A DNA stretch of 64,000 nucleotides from Malacoraja senta (taxonomy: Eukaryota). This document shows positions 48,570-60,950 of the stretch, one piece after another. The DNA lies in contig CM075995.1 in NCBI GenBank assembly GCA_038087875.1, positions 5,954,001 through 6,018,000 of the forward strand, read 5' to 3'. The notes under the pieces are model-generated. The model was not told the DNA's origin, searched no databases, and saw nothing but the letters and a program-made list of their open reading frames with translations. The translations under genes were made by a program, and so were the position numbers. The first letter of the stretch is position 1. The number at the start of each line of letters is the position of its first letter.

Positions 48570-49830
48570 CCCCCCCCCCCCATCCATCCTACACTGGTCC
48601 CCCAATTCATCCTATTCTGACCCCCCTTCCCATCCATCCTGCATTTCTCCCCCCATTCATACTGCACTGATCCTCCCATTCATCCCGTACTGACCCACCC
48701 TCCATTTACCCAGCAGCAATCCCCCCATCCATCCTGTAGTGATCTCTCCATTCATCTTTTACTGATCCCCCATTTATCCCGTACTGATCCCCTATTCATC
48801 CTATACTGATCCCCTCATTCATCCTGTAGTGATCCCCTCATTCATCCTGTAGTGATTCACCTTTCATCCTGCACAGACCCTCCGATCCACACTGTCCTGA
48901 CCCCCCCCATTCATCCTGTACTGATTCCCCCATTCATCCTGTGCTGATCTCCCCCCCATCCATCCTGTACTGAACCCCCCATTCAAGAAGATGGGGGGAA
49001 CAGTCTGAAGAAGGGTCTCAACCCGAAACGTTGCGTATTTCCTTAGCTCCATAGATGCTGCCTCACTCGCTGAATTTCTCCAGCATTTTTGTCTACTCCC
49101 ATTCATCCTGCATTTCCCCCCCCATTCATCCTGCACTGATCCCCCCATTCATCCCGTACTGACCCACCCTCCATTTACCCTGCAGCAATCCCCCCATCGA
49201 TCCTGTAGTGATATTCCCATTCATCTTTTAATGATCTCCCGCGGGACTTACCATCGCCCGCCGAGGGCTTTGACTTTGACATCGGGAGGAGAATGGGGAG
49301 TGCAGGGGAGAGATAAGACTTTGCCTTCCATCACAGCGAGGAGGAGATTCGCTGTGATGGATGTTTGTGTAAATTGTGTTGTGTCTTGGTTCTTTTACTT
49401 GTTTGTATGACTGCAGAAACCAAATTTCGTTTGAATCTCAATGAGGTTCAAATGACAACAAATAAATTGTATCATTGTATCATTGTATCATTCATCCTGT
49501 ACTGATCCCCTCAAGCATCCTGTACTGATCCCCCATTCATCCTGCACAGACAGTCCGATCCATACTGTCCTGACCCCCACCCATTCATCCTGTACTGATC
49601 CCCCCCCCCCCATTCATCCTGTACTGATGCCCCCATTCAAGAAGACTGAGGGGGAACAGTTTGAAGAAGGGTCTCGACCCAAAACGTTGCCTATTTCCTT
49701 CGCTCCATAGATGCTGCCTCACCCGCTGAGTTTCTCCAGCATTTTTGTCTACCCCTATTCATCCTGTACTGACCCCCCATTCAGCCTGTACTGACCCCCC
49801 CCCCATCCATCCCGTACTGAACCCACCATT
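48570..49830. repeat. Minisatellite with a unit of about 20-22 bp (cccccattcatcctgtactgat), interrupted by retroposon insertions
   Basis: Dozens of visible imperfect tandem units. Hammerhead-motif copies lie at about 49001-49096 and 49657-49752. Confidence 0.9.
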
Positions 49831-50605
49831 CAACACCACTGACATCCCCCGTGCTCTCCCCTCACAATGTTACATACTCCAACCAACACGTACTAATTTG
49901 TCCATCCATTCCGCACCGATTGCCTTCTCAACCCCCCTCCCCCCCCGCCATCTATCCACCCCGCATTGATTCACACCCTCCCCCCCTCCCTGACCCTATT
50001 GTGCTTCATGGTCTTCAGAGCGAACATTGACTATGTTTGATAACGGAATGCAATGAAGTGTGCTTTAATTCCCAATGTTATTATTTGTTTAGACACCTTT
50101 AAACATATTACCAAAAGAACATTTGCTGCAGTTATGTACTTTGGCCATCTCTTGTCAGTTAGTGTAATGTTTAACCTGTCAGATGGGTATAAATTCCTTT
50201 AGAAATTTCCTTGCAACCTGTATATTTTGTTATGGATAGATTATGTGGGAAGCGAGAGTGTTTCTGTACCAATAGCAATAACGACCCATGCTAAGGCCAT
50301 GTCATGATAATTTTCGGTCTTTCACAGAGAACATGCTTGCATCAATCTGTAGTGTGCATGTTTAAGCATATATGTTACCATGGTCCAGGATTTATTGACA
50401 CTGGTTGATCCTATGCTGAATAATCCAACCCCATTTTTGTTTGGAAGTGGAAAGAACTAATAGAAATTGCATTAATTGCAATGTGTAAAAAGAGTTGAGA
50501 TATTGTATTATAATTTTGCTGCATGTCATTGTGGTATATATCATGTCTTGATTGGTGAATATGTTTAGTTTGTGAGTTATTTGAAGCAGAAATAATATCT
50601 GAATG

Positions 50606-50822
50606 TAGACAAAAGTGCTGGAGAAACTCAGCGGATGCGGCAGCATCTATGGAGCGAAGGAAATAGGCAACGTTTTGGGCCGAAACCCTTCTTCAGACTG
50701 ATGGGTTTCAGCCTGAAACGTTGCCTATTTCCTTCGCTCCATAGATGCTGCTGCACCCGCTGAGTTTCTCCAGCACTTTTGTCTACCTTCGATTTTCCAG
50801 CATCTGCAGTTCCTCCTTGAAC
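50606..50822. mobile_element. Fold-back hammerhead-motif element with a 14-bp TSD
   Basis: ATAATATCTGAATG (50592-50605) versus ATAATATGTGAATG (50823-50836), with inverted arms. Confidence 0.85.
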
Positions 50823-51559
50823 ATAATATGTGAATGCTTCATTGAGCATAATTCCGACTGGTAACTACGCACTTCGTCCGAGCACATTATCGCACGCGTC
50901 ATGCAAACCGTCTTAAATGACCACCTAAACTGTCATTTGGCAACCTAAAAAGCTGTCAAGGTTGCCCGGCTGGCAACAGGGAAAAAAAGTTAAGTGAGGG
51001 CCCTGCCTTCCCTCCTACTCTGCTTGAAGGTTTTGTCTAGGTCTGACTAAAGTTTGTTGATTGAAACTTTTACCATATTTCTCTCTCCTTAGATGCTATC
51101 TGATCTAACATCCAACACTTTTTTCCAAAAATATTCCATTCTATGTTTCCTTTAAATGGCATAACCTTTGTGAATGTTCTTGCTGCGATGTTTCCATTTG
51201 ACCCCACCTATGGCGGTACATTTCCTCACTCTTCCTTGATCAACACCCAATTTCTTAACCCAAGTTTCTTAACACCCACGTAAAAATCCATGTTTATTAA
51301 GCATTAAGGATGTTGAATAAGCGCTCTTCTCTGATTTTCAAAAGACATGGTACATTCTTCCACTGTCTTCAGTAATGGTCTGACATTTAACTTCCCTTTT
51401 CTCTTGAAGATCCATGCATGGTCATTGCTGCTTGAATGCATTATCATTTACAACTTATGTGCTATTTTATCCCCATCATGACCTTAATTCACTTTTGGCC
51501 ACCCAGCTGCTACCCAGCTTTTACAAATAGCAGCTTCACTCAAAATAGAGACTGATTTG

Positions 51560-52270
51560 CATGAAGTACTGGGCTGATTCTACACTCTCTGTAAATTGTG
51601 GTCATGGTCTGAACACTTGCCAAACCAAGCTGTGCTGCGTCTTGAATGGATGGTTTCTATGATGCATCTGTAGAAATTGGCGAATCATTGGAAACATGTC
51701 AAATTTTCTTTGCCTTCTGAGAAAATGAAGGCATTGATGTGCTTTCTTGGCTGTGGCTTCAATGTGGTTGGACCAGGACAAATTGGTGGCGATATTTTTG
51801 CCAAGGAACTTGAAACTTCTAACCATGTTGCCTTCAGCCATTGATACAGACTGGGGTGCGTACACCATCTGAGACTTTGGTTTACCGACACTGAGGGAGA
51901 GATCATTGTCTTGACATCGTGTTACTAAACTTTCTATCTCCTTCCCGGACTCCATTTCATAATTCTTTGGGATTCGACCCACTGCCTGTATCAACTGCAA
52001 ACTTGTAAATGGAGTTTAAGCTGAATTTGGCTGCACAGTTGCGAGTGAAAAAGGAGTACAGTAAGGGGCTGAGAGCACAGCTTTGTGGGGAAATTATCGT
52101 TGACAATTATCATGGAGGACGTTTTATCACATCCTACTGATTGCCGTCCATGGGCTAGGAAGTCAGGGATCCAATTTCAAAGGGGATGCTGAATCCCAGG
52201 TCCAAGAGTTTGGAGAGGAGTTTGGTTGGAATTATGTTGAAAGTGGAGTTTAAGTGAATGAATAGGAGTC
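51560..52270 (-). mobile_element. Old Rex1/Babar RT fragment
   Basis: VRSFKFLG...NLSWSNHIEATAKKAHQCLHFLRR. Confidence 0.8.
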
Positions 52271-53208
52271 TAGAAATGACGTAAATGGAGGAAGATGCTT
52301 CGCATGTGAATTCTATAGCTGTTAGATTTTTGCAGCAGCCTGAAGAAGGGACCCAACCTGAAAAGTGGCCTGTGTTTTCCTGTGATGCTGCTTAACCCGC
52401 ACTTACATCAGCTCTGTTGTCTTTTTTCTGCAGATCCTTGTTTCGAGATTTTTGCATTCTTCAGTTTGATCAAATGATGCGAATTAGTTAAGGAATCTAG
52501 CTTGTGTTGACCGAATGAATGCATTAATTCAATCTACAAGTTGCTCCAAAACCTCTCTAAGTTCCATCTTCAGCAATTTACCTTGTCCCTAATTCAGGGT
52601 TATGTCAAGTTCTATTCATTTATGGTTAGGATGCTAACTCTCATTTTCAAATCCCTTCACTGTTACCTCCATGTGTCTTCAAACATCTCCCCTATGTAAC
52701 CTTCCAAATCCATTTCTATTCATCTATATTTCATTATTACAAAGGGTTGTGCCACTTTTCATGCATAAGAATTTGTGTGAGTTATTGAAATGGAATACAG
52801 CAATGCGTTGATTTATGACCTCACAGTTTAGCAACTTTTACTACATCACCTACCCTTTGGGGTATACATCTTCAATTTGCAAAGCTATTTTTCATTATTA
52901 CAAAGGGTTTGCGCCATTTTCCATGCATAGGAATAGACTACATCAAAATACCCAAGAGCACATCCATTTTGTAAATCAAAGGTGGCTGTAAATTATACTG
53001 CAAACGTCCAACAAAAAAGTAGCTAAACCATTTTGGAAGAACATTTGAAAATGTTCAATAATTTAAAGTTCAAAGTTTCTCCAACAATGACTTGAGACAG
53101 CATTTACAAGAGGTCTCCTTTATTTCTGGCTTAAAGTTTTCATCAGGAAAAAAAAAGAAAATGCTTATCCTTTGACTCTTTTTCGAAAAACTTTGAAATG
53201 CCTTACTG

Positions 53209-54247
53209 TAGCAATGTTACAAAATTTTGAGATTTAAAAAATAAAGTCTGCAATTTATCCCATCAGATAAAGCATAAAAAGAAGTTTAATTTGACACTTA
53301 ATTCACTTTCATATCTTCAGTATTAAAGAAGTTATGGCCATTATCATACTCAGAAATTAGCATCTAGTTCCCTATTGCTTTTCCATTGACTTAACACAAA
53401 AGCTGTGATCGAGGACAGTTAAAAGCCCATAACTTTCTTAAAAATTATGGTAACTGAAAGAGTTTTTCAGGTATTATAGATTGAAGCATTCTGAAACAAA
53501 TATGAAACAATCTTACTTCGAAGACATGAAAGTAAAGCATATAATTAGTTAGTTACCTAATTGTAGCTAATTACAAAATTCAATTACTAGATCTAAACAT
53601 CTATCAATTTCTTAAGAATAGATTAACATTTTTAAATAGCCTAAGTGTCCAAATAACATTCACACAATAATTCACAATATAACATAATTTTTAAATCTAA
53701 TTTTCATGAATTTACAGGCCAAATGGAAGGAATTGAATGTTTAATACCTGTAAATTAATGGGCATTTAATTCATCTTGCGAGTGAGAATTTCTGGAACGC
53801 GATCTTTTGGAACGTTGATTTGCGGTGAATTTAACCCCGTATTGGCATGAAAAATACTGCCGTTAATTCGGGGAATAAAATCACCGTGTCGCATGACAAA
53901 ATGTGAATTAAAGGCTTCTTAAGAAGCACTTTTATACATTTAAAGAAAGCACTCGTTTACCTGTCCATTGTGTGAAATCCGTCCCCGTTATTGGCGTTGA
54001 CGCTTCAGGAGCTGCTTTTAAAACTACTGTAGCGCTGACATTGACGATTTAATAAATTAAAAAAATGCACAAAAAGCCGGTAGGAACGATTTTGTCAGCG
54101 AAGGTTTGTACTCCAACAAAATATTTCCAGGACAAGGGAGGAGAAACCGCGTTTTAACCCCGCCCCCCCCTTAAAGGCGCCAAAACCGCGCACACGGCCA
54201 GTGGCAGAATTACAGCGCGACTGAAGGTAAGTTTTGTAACATACCTA
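53209..54247. mobile_element. Non-autonomous DNA transposon with TAG termini and a 7-bp TSD (hAT-like)
   Basis: Ends TAGCAATGTTACAAAA and TTTTGTAACATACCTA. CTTACTG occurs at 53202-53208 and 54248-54254. Confidence 0.75.
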
Positions 54248-54552
54248 CTTACTGTGTAAAGTATTGGAAGCATGAATATGCCAGTTCGAGCAACCTTAAA
54301 AGTAGAATCTATGCCAATAATTTCATTTAAAAAAAAGGCTTTACTGTGAGATTAAAAATAAAATATTTCAGACTGGGCTGGGCTTTGTTAGGAATAGTAG
54401 TCCTAAAATTTAGAAAGATCTCAAAGTTCAAATTTAAGCCCTGTCAGGTTGCCACATAAAAGATATGAGAACGAAGAGAAGCGAAGTCCTCATTCTATTA
54501 ATCATTCCCATGAATCCCTTCTGCATCCTCTGCAAGACTTTCACATCTTTAA

Positions 54553-57370
54553 GCTCTTGTCCCACTTTCACGACCTAATTCACGACCTATGCCAAGTTTG
54601 CCCTTGACTCATACTCGCAGCATGGTCGCCATGAGGTCGTAGGAGGTCGTACGTAGGTCGTAGTAGGTCGTGATGCTAGTTGTAGGTAGTCATGGCATCA
54701 AGTTGGTCTCGCCGATTTTCTAGCCTGATAAAAACCGTCCACGAGTTTTTTAAAAAAAAGGTCGGCATGGAATTTTTAAAATAATTTTTACTTGTAGGTA
54801 GGTCGTAGTAGGTCGTGATGCTAGTCGTAGGTGGTCGGAGGCAGTCGCAGGTAATAGCTCTGGGGTGAAAAAAAGGTCAGTAGGGAAAAAAAATGTTATT
54901 TAAACAGCAGAAGAATGTCAGCTCTGTCACTCCAAGGCATGTTCATTCATAGCTGGAGAGTTTTTTGGAGAGAAGACGTGTTTTAGAGATGGCACCAAAA
55001 AGGCAGCAGCGCAGGGGGAGGGCACATCCCTAAAAAAAACCTGCCATGCAGGTGTTGCCCGCCCAAGAGGAGGAGTGGCAGGAGGTGATGCCACAGGAGG
55101 TGATAGTGCCGGAGGAGGTAGCCCTGCATGAGAGACCCCTGGAGGAGGAGACCAGGGTGGTAGTATGTGTCCCCACCACCACCCCATCCTTCACTGCCTC
55201 ATTTGAAGGCAGCAAATCATCCCTTTCTACTGTGTCTGACACAGCATCAGAGGCAGATGCCCCATTGGTGGTGAGGGAGGGCTGGAGGAAGGTTATGCCC
55301 TACACCTTCACCAGGCAGCAGGAGGGGGACCTTGAGGAATGGTTCCAGCAGAATGCAATCCTGTACGAAAAGGGAAATGAGGGGTACAGGGACAAGAATG
55401 GCATGCTTGCCATCCACTGCCCCACATGTGTGCTTAAACAATAGACAATAGGTGCAGGAGTAGGCCATTCGGCCCTTCGAGCCAGCACCGCCATTCAATG
55501 TGATCATGGCTAATCATCCCCAATCAGTACCCCGTTCCTGCCTTATCCCCATATTCCCTGAATCTGCTATTTTTCAGAGCCCTATCTAGCTCACTCTTGA
55601 AAGCATCCAGAGAACCTGCCTCCACCGCCCTCTGAGGCAGAGAATTCCACAGACTCACCACTCTCTGTGAGAAAAAGTGTTTCCTCGTATCCGTTCATAT
55701 TCTTAAACTGCAGCCCCTGGTTCTGGACTCCCCTAACATCGGGAACATGTTTCCTGCTCCTAGCGTGTCCAAACCCTTAACAATCTTATATGTTTCAATG
55801 AGATATCCTCTCATCCTTCTAAACTCCAGAGTGTACAAGCCCAGCTGCTCCATTCTCTCAGCATATGACAGTCCCGACATCCCGGGAATTAACCTTGTAA
55901 ACCTACGCTGCACTCCAGGTGTGGTCTCACTAGGGCTCTGTACAACTGCAGAAGGACCTCTTTGCTCCTATATTTGATTCCTCATGTTATAAAGGCCAAC
56001 ATGCCATTCGCTTTCTTCAATGCCTGCTGTACCTGCATGCTTACTTTCATAGACTGGTGTACAAGGACCCCCAGATCCCGTTGTACTTCCCCTTTTCCCA
56101 ACTTGACGCCATTTAGATAGTAATCTGCCTTCCTGTTTTTGCTACCAAAGTGGATAACCTCACATTTATCCGCATTAAACTTCATCTGCCCACTCCCCCA
56201 ACCTGTCCAAGTCACCCTGCATTCTCATAGGATCCTCCCCCCAGTTCACACTGCCACCCAGCTTTGTGTCATCTGCAAACTTGCTAATGTTACTTTGAAT
56301 CCCTTCATCCAAATCATTGATGTATATTGTAAATAGCTGCATTCCCAGCACCGAGCCTTGCGTTACCCCACTAGTCACTGCCTGCCATTCTGAAAGGGAC
56401 CCGTTAACCCCTACTCTTTGTTTCCTGTCTGCCAACCACTTCTCTATCCATGTCAGCACTCTACCCCCAATACCATGTGCCCTAATTTTGCCCACTAATC
56501 TCCTATGTGGGACCTTATCAAATGCTTTCTGAAAGTCCAGGTACACTACATCCACTGGCTCTTCCTTGTCCATTTTCCTAGTTACATCTTCAAAATATTC
56601 CAGAAGATTAGTCAAGCATGATTTCCCCTTCGTAAATCCATGCGGACTCGGACCGATCCTGTTACTGCTATCCAAATGTTCGGCTATCTCATCTTTTATA
56701 ATTGACTCCAGCATCTTCCCCACCACCGATGTCAGGCTAACTGGTCTATAATTCCCTGTTTTCTCTCTCCTGCCTTTCTTAAAAAGTGGGATAATATTAG
56801 CTACCCTCCAATCCACAGGAACTGATCCTGAGTCTATAGAACATTGGAAAATTATCACCAATGCATCCACGATTTCTAGAGCCACTTCCTTAAGTACCCT
56901 GGGATGCAGACCATTAGGCCCTGGGGATTTATCAGCCTTCAGTCCCATCAGTCTACCCAACACCATTTCCTGCCTAAAGTTCCATCTTTTGTCAAAGCCC
57001 AGCGCCACTCTCTTCTAGTCATCTGTTTTACTGGGACAGTCCATCACATAATCGCCATTCACCCATTGAGACCTCTTCTTGTGCTTCCTCTTCACCCTGG
57101 CTCTTTCCCCTTCTGCCTTCCTTAAAAGGCTGCTAAAGCAAAAGGGCTACTGCAAACAGCAGTAAAACGTACATGGTCGAAGCCAGTCTTCAACATAGTC
57201 GTGGGAGGTCTTCAACATAGTCGTGGGAGGTCTTCAACATAGTCGTGGAGGTCTTCAACATAGTCGTAGATTTAGTCGTAGGAGGTCGTAGGTTACCGCG
57301 ACCTTGACTTTTTTAGGTCGTTTAAGGTCATCAGAGGTCGCAAATTACGTCGTGAAAGTGGGACAGGGGC
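54553..57370. mobile_element. Internally deleted PIF/Harbinger transposon (Myb/MADF gene remnant on +, transposase remnant on -), interrupted by CR1
   Basis: TIR G(C)..TGTCCCACTTTCACGAC flanked by TTAA, with subterminal GGTCGT repeats. The + strand encodes FTRQQEGDLEEWFQQNAILYEKGNEGYRDK. The - strand encodes VALGFDKRWNF|KHTCGAVDGKH across the LINE. Confidence 0.88.
55439..56976 (-). mobile_element. CR1/HER1 LINE (5' truncated) nested in the Harbinger element
   Basis: RT ORF at 56175-57008 (LDFQKAFDKVPH, KFADD) and a (TCTATTG)n tail. Confidence 0.93.
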
Positions 57371-58201
57371 TTAACTAAGAATGGTGTCCATAACTGGATA
57401 CAGTAATCAATTGTGGCAGAACCAGTGTTTTATAAATATTTGCCATGAGTTCCTAGTTGTGCCTCTATGCCTCAATTTATAAATCCTAGGATCATGTATC
57501 TTTTTTTTAATCAGTTTCTCAGTCTGTGCTGACTTCCAATGAACTATGTACATGTACACACAGATCTCTGTTCCTGTACCCATTATAGAATTAGCTTACA
57601 ATGCCTCTCATTCTTCCTGCACATTTTTGTGCATTAAATTTCAACTGCCAATTCTGCCAGCCTCTCCACATCTGTTGTAGCCTATTAACATCTTCCTTTC
57701 AGCTTACGATGTATGCTTCCAGGTTTTGTGGGGACTGCATTATATTTTAGGTAAAACAACGGTTCTGGTTCCAGTGTCTGGTGAACACCACAAAATGGAC
57801 CTTCCCCAGATCAGGCCCACAACAGCTACCTTCCTCCAGCTTTGATATAACCAGGGTTTTGCAATGATGCATCATATTTTCTAAGCCTAATGTTAGTTCT
57901 TGTCTGTGCATTTATACTGCATGATTTAAGTAGTTAACCCTGTCTGCTCTTCTGTTTCATTTTAATGCTTGTTCATTCCCTATTCCTTTTGATTTTATCA
58001 CTTTATAACTTATAGTACCCCCCTCTCCTGTAGACTTTCTGATAAATATTTTGTCATTCTCTTTTGTTTTATAGCTCCTACTTATATTTCCTGTTCCATG
58101 CTTGCCCCCCAACCCCAATTTAACAGCTCTTTTGACAGAATTAAATAGTTCATATTTACACTTTCATGTGATTACTTTTTATTGCAGCCTGTTCTTCCCT
58201 T

Positions 58202-58572
58202 CAATAGACAATAGCCATTCGGCCCTTCAAGCCATTCAATGTGATCATGGCTGGACATCCCCAATCAGTACCCAGTTCCTGCCTTCTCCCCATATTCCCT
58301 GAATCCGCTATTTTTCAGAGCCCAATCTAGCTCTCTCTTGAAAGCATCCAGAGAACCTGCCTTCAGTTCCTCTGTCACCCCAGATCCTCTGGCCACTACT
58401 ATATCAGGGAGATTGTTTGTGTCCTCCTTAGTGAAGACAGATCCAAAGTACCTGTTCAACTTATCTGCCATTTCCTTGGTCCCCATAATAAATTCACCTT
58501 TTTCGGTCTTCAAAGGTCCAACTTTGGTCTTAACTAATTTTTTCCTCTTCACCTACCTAAAGAAGCTTTTCC
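58202..58572 (-). mobile_element. CR1 fragment with a large internal deletion (linker region fused to the 3' end)
   Basis: ORF 58265-58552 jumps from ...VTEELK to AGSLDAFKRELD. Confidence 0.85.
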
Positions 58573-59069
58573 CAACAACTGTCATTTCATTCACCCATTT
58601 GATATCATCCTGCACTATGCCAAAAGATTCTTCAGTCACTCTTGAAGAATTCAGCTGATTTCCTGTGTACACATAGCTCTGTGAATACTTGCCATATGTG
58701 TCTCAACCATTTCAATTTCTTATGAAAATTCCAACATTTGCCTTGAGAGTAATACATTGGTGATTTTCATAACATTTTGCAATTACTGCTTTCAACTGCA
58801 AGATGGATAGATGGAATGAGATAAGCACTGTTCATTAAAATTGACCCATGTGACCGATAAATTATCTAAAGATCTGCTAAAGCAATTGCCTCTGATTTAC
58901 TGTCACAAAGCAGCACAATCGTGTCTCGTGGCCCCGATGCAACATGTTAAATCGTCCACATCTGGATGTGTAGCAGAAGCAACATACGATGGTTAAATTA
59001 TATAATGACCCTTATTTCTTTTTATGAATCATTCATCACACCTATCAATCCCATTACCCCACATATATC

Positions 59070-60650
59070 CCTGTGGGCTGTAGGGAGGCTGCTGGTTTAC
59101 GGTGCCAGAAACTGGTTCGAATCTGACCTCGTGCTGTTTGTGTGGAGTTTGCATATTCTCCTTGCTACCATGTGTTTGAGCCCGTTTCTTTCCATTTCCC
59201 AATTTCATACTGATTGGTAAATGAATTTCCCACCATAAATTCCCTTTAGTGTGTAGGTGGTGGGATCTGGGAGTAGTAGTGGGAATGTGGGAGAAAAAGG
59301 GATCGCTATAGGATTAGTGTAAATGGATGGTTGCTGGTCAGTGTAGACTCAAGGGGCCAAAAAGCCTGTTTCTGTGCAGTATCACTCTATGACTGAAATC
59401 CTGCGTAACGATGCATCTCTCTGAAAGTGGCAACAAAAAAAGACAGAGTAGTAAAGGTGGCATATGTTATGCTTGTCTTTATAGGTCGGGCCACTGAGTA
59501 TGAGAGTCAGGAAGTCATGATGCAGCTTTACAGGCCAGCGACAAAATGTATTACTTCAGGGATCGGTGCTGGGCCCATTGCTGTTTGTGGTTTTTATCAA
59601 TTATTTGGATGAGAACGTAGAAGGCATGATTAGCAAGTTTGCAGATAACACTAAAGTGGGTGGTATGGTAGATAGCGAAGTCGGGTATCAAAAATTACTG
59701 CAGGATCTTGATCAGTTGGGCAAGTGGACAGTTATACAAGAAATTGGTGACACCACATTAGGAATATTGTCTTCAGTTTCAGCCACCCTATTACAGGAAG
59801 AATGTTGTTAAGCTGCAAAAAGTGCAGAGAAGATATACAAGGATGTTGCCAGGAAATGTGCTACTGGAGAGGCTGAGCAGGCTAAGACTTTATTCTGTGG
59901 AGCTCAGGGGGCAGAGGGGAGATCTTATAGGGGTGCAGTGAAAACCTTTACAGAGGTGTACAAAGTCATAATGAGAATAGGTAGGGTGAATGAAGAGAGT
60001 ATTTTACCCAGAGTAGGGAATCAAGAACCAGAGGTCATAGATTTAAGGTGAGGGGCAAGATTTAATAGGAATCTGAGAGGCAACTTTTTCATACAGAGGT
60101 TAGTGGGTATATGGAACAAGCTGCCCGAGGAGGTAGTTGTGGCAGGTATAGAAACAACATTTAAAAGACATTCTAAGAGGTATATGGATAGGAAAGATTT
60201 TGAGGAATATGGGCCAAACATGAGCAGATGAGACTAGTGTAGATGGGACATCTTGGTTGGCATGGGAAAGTTGGGCCAAAGGGCCTGTGTCCATGCTGTA
60301 TAACTCTGGTTAGGCCACATCTGGAGTACTGCATACAGTTCTTGTCTCTCCAATAGAGGAATGGTATGGAGGCTTTGGAAAGGGTACAGAGGAGGTTTAT
60401 CAGAATGATGCCTGATTTAGGAGGTATTAGCTGCAAGGAGAGGTTGGGCAGACTTGGATTTTTTTCTCTGGAATGCCAGAGATTGAGGGGAGACCTGATA
60501 GAAGTATATAAAGTTATAGGGGGCATAGATAGGGTATACAGACAGAACCTTTTTTCCCAGGTTGGAAATGCCTTTTAGATAGATACATATGCAGGAAATG
60601 GAGGGATATGGATTATGTGCATGCAGATAAGGGTTGGTCTCAGCATCACG
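59070..60650 (+). mobile_element. Old SINE (about 59070-59390) followed by old CR1 fragments
   Basis: Degenerate V-SINE domain tgtgtggagtttgcatattctc, then VLGPLLF...SKFADNTK and LERVQRRFIRMMP. Confidence 0.75.
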
Positions 60651-60950
60651 GACAAACTGTGCAGTTCTAGGTTTTGCTTTAGAAGCCATATCGCTCTTTT
60701 TTTCAGGAATTGCAATCAACTTAAAGATACTTATTTGGCAAATATATAATAATAACAATTGAGAGTCTTAATACATTTGCTGAGTGTTTCCAGCACTTGA
60801 AAATACAATTCATATGGGAACTTGCAACACTAATAAATGTTTTCAAACTATTTTAAGCCTTAAAAATATAGGCAACACTATAAACTTTATTTTCCAGAAT
60901 TTATTGCTTCAAGGAAGCATGTCATGATTATATTTCCATAAAAGCAGAAT

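Larger units (their letters stand above)
47656..51005. mobile_element. Putative non-autonomous hAT-like DNA transposon (CAGGGC termini, 5-bp flanking repeat)
   Basis: Ends CAGGGCTCGAAATTAGC and GTTAAGTGAGGGCCCTG. Subterminal GGCAAC/GTTGCC motifs at both ends. CCTTC occurs at 47651-47655 and 51006-51010. Confidence 0.65.

Noticed and set aside
57186..57270. CRISPR-like array of roughly 22-bp repeats
   Set aside because: Head-to-tail repeats without spacers in eukaryotic DNA. They are Harbinger subterminal repeats.
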